This document shows positions 26,760 to 32,000 of a DNA stretch of 32,000 bases, piece by piece. The stretch lies in the NCBI RefSeq assembly GCF_000019605.1, contig NC_010482.1, forward strand, positions 1,290,001-1,322,000, in the 5' to 3' direction. Each line of letters starts with the position of its first letter. The first letter of the stretch is position 1. The position numbers and the translations under genes were made by a program. This stretch comes from Candidatus Korarchaeum cryptofilum OPF8. Lineage in GTDB: Archaea; Korarchaeota; Korarchaeia; Korarchaeales; Korarchaeaceae. The notes beneath the pieces were generated by a model, which saw only the letters and a program-made list of their open reading frames with translations, was not told the DNA's origin and did not search any database.

Positions 26760-28209
26760 TCGTATCCGCTCCCCTCAGCTTCCTCAAGAAGTCAAGGTAT
26801 TCTAAGTTCATATCAACCGGATGCCAGCCATCGTTCCACCTCCTCATCTCAGCTACTCTCTTATCCCTCATCAGTATAGCTAGGGTATCCCTAGGCAGCA
26901 TCTGCCCGAAGGCTTCGAACTTCTCTACGAGCTCCTGAAAACCCCTAGCGTGAGTAGTAGCTATCACCTTTAAACCGGAGCTATAAGCTAGATTGAAGGC
27001 TTCAGCGGCCTCTTTAGTCAGTATCTCCCCCAAAAATACGATATCAGGATTTCTGTGAAGCAAAAAGCGGATGAAATCGAATTTTCCGCTGACCTCGTAA
27101 GGGCTGTGGTGCATCCCATAAATGCTTAAATCCTCTATTTCGCGGACCTCCTCAACGCTTATCAACCTGAGCTCCTCAGGAAGGCAGGCAAGCAAGGCGT
27201 TAGCTAGCGTAGTCTTCCCAACGCCAGTGCGACCGAAGATTAAGATGGGAAAACCAAGTTCTATACTCTTGAGGATCGTTGATGCTTCCTCCTCCTTTAT
27301 ACTCCCCAGCTTTATTAATCTTGGCAGGGAGAGCTTCGATATAGCTGATAAATTCCTTATATCCAGCGCCCCTCTGCTCGCTGGAGGAATATCTAAAGCT
27401 ATCCTGAACTTGTTCTGGCCAAGAGTTATGTCCACCTCAGCTAAGCTTTTTCTGAAATCGAAGCCAGCGTTGATATCCGCTTCGATAAATGTCTTGAACT
27501 TCTCTAACTCTTCCTCGTCGAATACGTAATTCTTCACTTCGAACCTCCCGTGAATTATGTGATCCAGTATGAGCGGGGAGTTGAGGAAAGCGTAGCCCTC
27601 AGTCACATCCTCAGCCATCATTATGGCCAGAGCGGGCCAGAGCTTAGTCGAGCGTATCGATGCCTCTAAAGCTAATTCCTCATCTTCGCAGCCAACCTCC
27701 TCAAGATACTCCATAGCTTTAGCTTTCCTGAGCTCCACGCTCTTCCAGAGCAGCTCTCCTTGATTCTCATAGCTCTCTGGATATAAGCCTTTCAGCATAT
27801 TCGCTAAGATATGAGCCTGGATCAAGCGATCTGGATAGCTGTGAGGGTAATAAACGGCTTCTCTACCTGAAAGTATGAGCTTCCCTCCGGGAAAGGGTAT
27901 CTCAATGCCTTCGGGTGGCGGAGGTAGCTGAAGCGTTACTATCTCCTCTCTTCTGTTTACCTTGGGCCTCGGTATCCTTGGGAGCTTCCTTAAGAGCTCC
28001 TCCACCTCATCTAGAGCGAAGAAAAGGTAAAGCTCTCTAGCGACTCGCTTAAAAAATGGAGATTTTATTTTGAGGGGTCTTTTGAACCTTTTATTTATCT
28101 CATTCAGCTTACTTTCCATCCTCCCGAAACTGACCTTGAGAGCTCTCCCCTTATACCTCCTCAACAGCTGCTGAGCTACCTGCTCCGCTCTCCTCTCCGC
28201 TTCTATCAA
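26725..28209 (-). CDS. Type II/IV secretion-system family ATPase (PilB/FlaI/TadA/VirB11 superfamily), divergent
   Basis: Has Walker A GRTGVGKTT (27208-27234), Asp-box-like ISVEEVREI, Walker B-like NPDIVFLGEI and His-box-like LKVIATTHA, preceded by ALDIRNL. The start is uncertain: TTG at 28209 (59-nt overlap with the upstream gene), TTG at 28164, or ATG at 28119. Confidence 0.85.
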   Translation of the reverse strand: MIEAERRAEQVAQQLLRRYKGRALKVSFGRMESKLNEINKRFKRPLKIKSPFFKRVARELYLFFALDEVEELLRKLPRIPRPKVNRREEIVTLQLPPPPEGIEIPFPGGKLILSGREAVYYPHSYPDRLIQAHILANMLKGLYPESYENQGELLWKSVELRKAKAMEYLEEVGCEDEELALEASIRSTKLWPALAIMMAEDVTEGYAFLNSPLILDHIIHGRFEVKNYVFDEEELEKFKTFIEADINAGFDFRKSLAEVDITLGQNKFRIALDIPPASRGALDIRNLSAISKLSLPRLIKLGSIKEEEASTILKSIELGFPILIFGRTGVGKTTLANALLACLPEELRLISVEEVREIEDLSIYGMHHSPYEVSGKFDFIRFLLHRNPDIVFLGEILTKEAAEAFNLAYSSGLKVIATTHARGFQELVEKFEAFGQMLPRDTLAILMRDKRVAEMRRWNDGWHPVDMNLEYLDFLRKLRGADTNEEVARRKGGE

Positions 28210-28786
28210 CTTCAGCTCCCTCCTCGCCCCTTCTTAATAAAGCTAAGAGCAATCCGGCTATTATTACAGCTAAGCCTAAGGGAAGGAACACCGACTCTTG
28301 ATGGGCTTGAGCTTCGTATCTCACGTTATCCCCTCTCAACAAAATCTTAGAGTTGGGAGTGCAGTAGACCTTGATCCATCCTTCCTCTTCCTCCACCCTG
28401 GCCTTCTCCCTGACCAAGTTGATATCGTAAACTGAAGCTTTACCCTCTATATTCAGCTCCTCAGTCCTGAAGAGCAGAGTAGCTCCATCCACGAGCTTAT
28501 AGCTTTTTCCATTGATTTTCACATCATTTGAGGCTACTACCATCGGTAGCTTAGCCTTCACGCTCAAATTGCTACCTTCAGCTACCTTCCTGGCATCTAT
28601 TCTGTAGAGGCTCAAGCATACGCTTCCATTCCCAGTGACTTTAACATAGGTAGTGTTGCAATCCAGTAATTCGTAGGTCTCAGCTTCGAGGAAGCCCACT
28701 TTATGCCATACTAATGTATTCGTACCCAGATAAGCGAGGAAGATGCCTAAAAATATGAGGGGAATTGCGATTCTCCTCATCCTCAT
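28151..28786 (-). CDS. Bitopic membrane protein (N- and C-terminal TM helices, extracytoplasmic beta-rich middle, acidic tail)
   Basis: 211 aa. Has MRMRRIAIPLIFLGIFLAYLG at the N-terminus and FLPLGLAVIIAGLLLALL near the C-terminus. The ATGA overlap with the 703-aa gene at 28783-28786 indicates coupling. I recognise no family. Confidence 0.6.
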   Translation of the reverse strand: MRMRRIAIPLIFLGIFLAYLGTNTLVWHKVGFLEAETYELLDCNTTYVKVTGNGSVCLSLYRIDARKVAEGSNLSVKAKLPMVVASNDVKINGKSYKLVDGATLLFRTEELNIEGKASVYDINLVREKARVEEEEGWIKVYCTPNSKILLRGDNVRYEAQAHQESVFLPLGLAVIIAGLLLALLRRGEEGAEVDRSGEESGAGSSAAVEEV

Positions 28787-30894
28787 AATTTCAACCTCCT
28801 AATAGCTAGAGCTGCAAAGAGCATAGTTATCGGCAGCAGGTACCAGGGTATCGAGAACTCATTCCTGGCTGCGACTTCGCAGGGTAGCTCTAAAACCTCG
28901 AGCTCTGAAGAGCTACCATTCATAGTATTCGTAATATTCGCTGTCTTCTCTACTGTCTCTACTGGAGGCCTGGCTTTCACTGTGAAGCTAACTTCTCTGG
29001 GCTTTCCATCCTTATAGTAGTATTTAGCTACCCATACCCCTTCCTTATCAACCACATACTTTAATATAGTGAGCCCAGTGTTAGCGACTTCCCTCTTCTC
29101 CGGGTTTATCAGGACGAGCATGCCTTTATACGGCGAGAACACTTTCACGGTTACTTCATCTCCCACGTAAGGCTCAGGAGGATGTACCTCTATCTTCACC
29201 TCACTAGTGTTAGAGGCACTCTGTTTAGTGCCTGAGGCACTCATGTTAGTGCCTTTAGTGCTGTTAGCACTCGTCCCTGAGGAGCTACTATTCGAGCTTG
29301 AGCTACTTCCACCTGAGCTACCTGATGATCCACCACTACCTCCTGAACCTCCTGATGATCCACCTCCTGATGAACTACCTCCTGAAGAGCCTCCACCCGA
29401 TCCTCCTCCACCTGAGCTACCTCCCCCGCCTGGAGTCACTTCCACACTTACTTCCTTGGTCACAGTTACGCCATCCATATCAGTAGCCACTACCTTTATC
29501 GTTAAGGTGCCCTCTTTACTCGGCGTATATTCGAAGCTCCCAGTTCCTGAGAATTCCTTATCTCCGATGATAGTCCTCACATTTAGGCCTGGCGAATCGT
29601 CGCTAGCCTCTACCGTCACAGTTATAGTCTCTCCCACCTTCGCCTCAGTCTTATCCACGCTCACCGAAACTTCAGGCTCCTCGTTGACTAGAGTGAATGA
29701 TGCTTTAGCTTCGCTCTCCCCATCCACATCCCTAGCTGTAGCTAAGATAGTGTAGCTCCCAGCCCTCAAATCAGCTGGAATCGTTATAGAATTGCTCCCC
29801 TTCCCTATACTGAATGTTTTATCTCCTATAGCTACGCTACCCGTAACGCTATCCCCATCCTCCTCGGTCACCGTGACGGTAAAGCTGTCGCCTCTCTTCA
29901 TCTGATTTGGAGCATCTATCGTAACCGAAGGTGGCGAGCCTCTCACTTTTATGCTGAAGCTCTTGCTAGAGCTCCCATCCACGTCGCTTGCTTGAACTGA
30001 GGCTGTATACTCCCCCTTCGGCAGATCTATCGTTACTGAATTGCTCCCCCTGCTTAAAGAGTAACTCTTATCGCCTATATTTAGCGTAGCTGTGACTGTA
30101 TCACCATCGGCCTCATCTATAGTTACCGTTATAGCTTCGCCTCTCTTCACTTCGTTAGGTGCGTTTACGCTTATTGAAGGCGGTGAACCCAGAAGCGTGA
30201 CGCTTATGCTCTTACTCTTAGAGTCCGAAACACCTGAATATGTTTTGGTGGCTATAACAGTTATCTGCATTGTTCCTGCGGGTTTGTTCCTCATATCGTA
30301 ATTTATCGTGCTGCTGAAGCTTCCAGCTCCGGTTTTAGCTAAGGTGTAGCTGTTCCCGTTGAAGCCAGCTATAACGTTTAGAGAGCCGTAGCTATCATCT
30401 ATAACACTTAAACCGCTAGCCGTTATCGTTACGGAGCCTTGCTTGGGCAAAGCCGTTGGATTAGCTGATGCTGAGAAGTCGGGGATGCTCACTATATAAG
30501 CTTCGGAGGAGTATTTTTCCAGAGGACCCGTGCTACCCGGAATATCACCTGGATAACATGCCGGCCCGCTGATCTCGCCTGAAACACGGATCTTGAACTT
30601 GCCCCCGGGTACGTCGCTCACTGTACAATAACCGCTCCTAGTGCAATACTCCTTCGAGGTCTGACAATCACCGTTGGTCGCGCTCACACTGATGCTGCAG
30701 CTGCCCCCACATTCGCAGCTTCCATCAACACTAGCTGAAACATCTATACGTTGCCCGGGCTTCACTGCTGCAGGAACGTTCGCATGCAGGCTTATGCTTC
30801 CAGAGCACCTATTCCCTAAACATTTATTGACTTCACCAATGGCTAGGGGTATGATCAATGAGAATAACAAGAGGACCAAGACGGACCTATGCAT
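28783..30894 (-). CDS. Large secreted/anchored surface protein: signal peptide, Cys-rich head, Ig-like tandem repeats, Gly/Ser linker, C-terminal TM anchor
   Basis: 703 aa. The layout is: signal MHRSVLVLLLFSLIIPLAIG; 11 Cys within aa 25-113; about 5 beta-sandwich-like modules including 3 clear ~84-aa repeats; a ~77-aa G/S/N/T low-complexity tract; and a C-terminal IPWYLLPITMLFAALAIRRLKL anchor. It is the first gene of the ATPase operon. Confidence 0.8.
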   Translation of the reverse strand: MHRSVLVLLLFSLIIPLAIGEVNKCLGNRCSGSISLHANVPAAVKPGQRIDVSASVDGSCECGGSCSISVSATNGDCQTSKEYCTRSGYCTVSDVPGGKFKIRVSGEISGPACYPGDIPGSTGPLEKYSSEAYIVSIPDFSASANPTALPKQGSVTITASGLSVIDDSYGSLNVIAGFNGNSYTLAKTGAGSFSSTINYDMRNKPAGTMQITVIATKTYSGVSDSKSKSISVTLLGSPPSISVNAPNEVKRGEAITVTIDEADGDTVTATLNIGDKSYSLSRGSNSVTIDLPKGEYTASVQASDVDGSSSKSFSIKVRGSPPSVTIDAPNQMKRGDSFTVTVTEEDGDSVTGSVAIGDKTFSIGKGSNSITIPADLRAGSYTILATARDVDGESEAKASFTLVNEEPEVSVSVDKTEAKVGETITVTVEASDDSPGLNVRTIIGDKEFSGTGSFEYTPSKEGTLTIKVVATDMDGVTVTKEVSVEVTPGGGGSSGGGGSGGGSSGGSSSGGGSSGGSGGSGGSSGSSGGSSSSSNSSSSGTSANSTKGTNMSASGTKQSASNTSEVKIEVHPPEPYVGDEVTVKVFSPYKGMLVLINPEKREVANTGLTILKYVVDKEGVWVAKYYYKDGKPREVSFTVKARPPVETVEKTANITNTMNGSSSELEVLELPCEVAARNEFSIPWYLLPITMLFAALAIRRLKL
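29203..29433 (-). repeat. Low-complexity Gly/Ser(-Asn/Thr) linker coding tract
   Basis: aa 488-564 read GGGGSSGGGGSGGGSSGGSSSGGGSSGGSGGSGGSSGSSGGSSSSSNSSSSGTSANST.... The DNA is an imperfect cctcctga/ccacc-type short repeat, which also creates the spurious Pro-rich + strand ORF. Confidence 0.85.
29437..30192 (-). repeat. Three tandem ~84-aa Ig-like protein repeats (aa 235-486)
   Basis: The repeats are GSPPSISVNAPNEVKRGEAITVTIDEADGDTVTATLNIGDKSYSL..., GSPPSVTIDAPNQMKRGDSFTVTVTEEDGDSVTGSVAIGDKTFSI... and EEPEVSVSVDKTEAKVGETITVTVEASDDSPGLNVRTIIGDKEFS.... Each ends in ..A.D.DG......(F/V)(S/T).(K/L/E)V. Similarity is at the protein level, and the DNA has diverged. Confidence 0.7.
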
Positions 30895-30912
30895 AGAGGA
30901 ACGGGGTACTGA

Positions 30913-30925
30913 GATTAAATATGTG
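30913..30925 (-). promoter_or_regulatory. TATA-like element (ACATATTTAATCT on - strand) upstream of the 703-aa gene
   Basis: An A/T block about 20-30 nt upstream of the ATG at 30894. No SD lies in between, which suggests a leaderless operon transcript. Confidence 0.4.
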
Positions 30926-30989
30926 ATAACTTGTCGTAAGAAATCCGGATGGGAATGAAAGTTTTACTGTCAAGGTATAGTTGAGGTGA

Positions 30990-31063
30990 TGCGGCCGCCG
31001 GGATTTGAACCCGGGTCTGGGACGTGGCAGGCCCCCATCCTGTCCAGGCTAGACTACGGCCGC
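30990..31063 (-). tRNA. tRNA-Gly (anticodon GCC)
   Basis: Hand-folded. Acceptor stem is GCGGCCG/CGGCCGC with discriminator A. Anticodon stem is GGGGC/GTCCC with loop CTGCCAC. T-arm is CCGGG-TTCAAAT-CCCGG. 74 nt, no intron, no encoded CCA. Confidence 0.9.
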
Positions 31064-31081
31064 CTGGCATAATCGAGTTAC

Positions 31082-31092
31082 ATATATTTAAG
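31082..31092. promoter_or_regulatory. TATA-like element (ATATATTTAAG) shared by divergent tRNA-Gly and nep1
   Basis: Its centre (~31087) lies 24 nt from the tRNA 5' end (31063) and 22-28 nt from the nep1 ATGs (31109 and 31115). It is the only A/T block in the 45-bp spacer. Confidence 0.45.
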
Positions 31093-31108
31093 CTTGACCA
31101 CTCGTGTG

Positions 31109-31765
31109 ATGGGAATGATAACGCTAGTGCTCGTCGAATCCTCCCTATCCAGGCTTCCAGACTGGGCTAGGAGGAAGGATGTCATCTCTAATTATAAGAA
31201 GGTTTATGGGAAGCCTTATGATGTGCTTGATGTAAATGCTATACCTCCTAGGATGAGGAAAATGGTGGGTGAGAAGGAGGGGAGGCCCGATATAGTTCAT
31301 AGAGCCCTACTCTCAATCACAGATCACCCTCTCTACTCCATGGGGAGGATATCCCTCTACATGCATACAGTCGAGGAGAGGATCTTCAGCTTCTCCCCCT
31401 CAATTAGACCACCTAGGAATTATCTGAGGTTCCTCGGATTGATGGCTGAACTCCTTAGGGAGGGATGGGTTGGGGAGAGTAGGGAAACGGCTTTGATAAG
31501 GGAGGTAGATCTCACGCTGGAGGAGATAGCCGATGGTTCCATACTCCTGGATGAGAGTGGAGAATTCTTGAACCCGATAAGCTTCCTCAAGAGTTTAAAT
31601 GAAGGTAAATTCATCGTTGGATGTTTTCCACATGGAGAATTCTCAGAAAAAGTTGAAAGACTTGCTAAATTTAAGTTGTCCCTCCATAGAGGGACCCTCT
31701 CATCATCAGCAGCTATATCGATGCTCCTGAGTTATGCTTACTACAAGGAGGTCTGGGATCCTTGA
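31109..31765 (+). CDS. nep1: Ribosomal RNA small-subunit methyltransferase Nep1 (Emg1 family, SPOUT)
   Basis: LVLVESSLSRLP...GRPDIVHRALLSITDHPL matches the Nep1 signature (RPDIxHxxLL). The ATG at 31109 (or 31115) is preferred over the TTG at 31094 because of the TATA spacing. Confidence 0.85.
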   Translation: MGMITLVLVESSLSRLPDWARRKDVISNYKKVYGKPYDVLDVNAIPPRMRKMVGEKEGRPDIVHRALLSITDHPLYSMGRISLYMHTVEERIFSFSPSIRPPRNYLRFLGLMAELLREGWVGESRETALIREVDLTLEEIADGSILLDESGEFLNPISFLKSLNEGKFIVGCFPHGEFSEKVERLAKFKLSLHRGTLSSSAAISMLLSYAYYKEVWDP

Positions 31766-32000
31766 GGAGGGATAAGAGGAGGGAGAGGGACATAGCCAGG
31801 CAGAGGATAGAGAGACTTTTGAGCTTAGCTGATGAGATATACATGAGGGATAAGGAGCTCGCTATATCCTACGGCGAGCTTGCTAGGAGGATCTCGATGA
31901 GGTATAGGGTTAGGATACCCAGGAAGTGGAGCTGGAGATACTGCAGAAACTGTAAGAAGTTTCTCTACCCCGGGATAAACATGAGAGTCAGGATCAGGTC
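31762..32000 (+). CDS. rnp4: RNase P protein component 4 (Rpp21/Rnp4), 5' part (3' end outside window)
   Basis: Hand-translated: LRRDKRRERDIARQRIERLLSLADEIY...ELARRISMRYRVRIPRKWSWRYCRNCKKFLYPGINMRVRIR. It shows the typical Rpp21 helical N-terminus and the start of the zinc ribbon (CxxC, PGxNxRVR). The TTG start overlaps the nep1 TGA (TTGA). Not in the ORF track because the frame is open at the window end. Confidence 0.75.
   Translation, partial: MRRDKRRERDIARQRIERLLSLADEIYMRDKELAISYGELARRISMRYRVRIPRKWSWRYCRNCKKFLYPGINMRVRIR

Noticed and set aside
28783-28860. C-terminus of the 703-aa protein as a PGF-CTERM/archaeosortase sorting signal
   Set aside because: It has a TM helix plus a basic tail, but no PGF (or PEF/VPXXXP) tripeptide precedes the helix (the sequence is ...NEFSIPWYLLPITMLFAALAIRRLKL). 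It is treated as a plain C-terminal anchor.
29207-29755. 182-aa + strand ORF with a striking Pro/Glu/Leu-rich sequence (PPELPDDPPLPPEPPDDPPPDELPPEEPPP)
   Set aside because: It is the antisense read of the Gly/Ser linker and Ig repeats of the 703-aa - strand gene, where GGN/AGC codons read as NCC/GCT on the other strand. It has no start context. The - strand frame has the signal peptide, repeats and operon coupling.
23312-30894. Interpretation of the ATPase locus as an archaellum (fla) operon
   Set aside because: There is no FlaH (KaiC-like ATPase). I recognise no FlaF/FlaG/FlaC-E candidates and no ~200-aa flagellin with a typical basic class III leader. The platform is too small for FlaJ.
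23312-31063. Pilus-like locus as a tRNA-Gly-integrated mobile island
   Set aside because: There is no integrase, transposase or other mobility gene in the window. I could not find a direct repeat of the tRNA-Gly 3' end near the distal boundary (~23.3 kb). The flanks are ordinary housekeeping genes. An island cannot be excluded without a compositional analysis, but nothing positive supports it.

Overview
This is an archaeal chromosomal window with dense coding on both strands. I saw no rRNA, CRISPR array, transposase or integrase. About 70% is recognisable housekeeping:
- 2-oxoacid:ferredoxin oxidoreductase alpha (C-terminal fragment) and beta subunits
- a membrane-anchored HEXXH metallopeptidase
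- an MTA/SAH-deaminase-type amidohydrolase and a CYTH protein
- tRNA-Leu(UAA) and tRNA-Gly(GCC)
- a complete A1AO ATP synthase gene set, split into two convergent units (atpF-H-E-A-B-D-C on +, atpI-K on -)
- a UDP-GlcNAc 2-epimerase with an extra C-terminal domain
- 3-hexulose-6-phosphate synthase, an Lhr-type helicase, thermosome, RpoK, Alba and class I LysRS
- Nep1 and the 5' part of RNase P Rpp21

This gene set points to a (hyper)thermophilic TACK- or Korarchaeota-like archaeon. I cannot determine the taxon by eye.

The accessory part (about 23.3-30.9 kb) is the most interesting region. It is a tightly coupled locus that looks like a divergent type IV filament (Tad- or archaeal-pilus-like) machine. 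It encodes a large Cys-rich, Ig-repeat, Gly/Ser-linker surface protein, a bitopic protein, a divergent PilB/FlaI-superfamily ATPase and a half-size polytopic membrane protein. A separately promoted 87-aa pilin-like gene follows, then a second operon of seven small hydrophobic-N-terminus genes. Two of those seven are micro-ORFs (22 and 46 aa) below the ORF-track cutoff. Three of the small proteins share an N-terminal I-[ER]-x-[IV]-L-L-x-L motif. The motif starts at residue 5 and resembles the archaeal class III signal core (QxSxExxxL), with essentially no leader.

Other recurring observations are single central TATA-like elements shared by closely spaced divergent genes (including tRNA/mRNA pairs), TTG starts overlapping upstream TGA stops, and 3'-3' overlaps of convergent genes.
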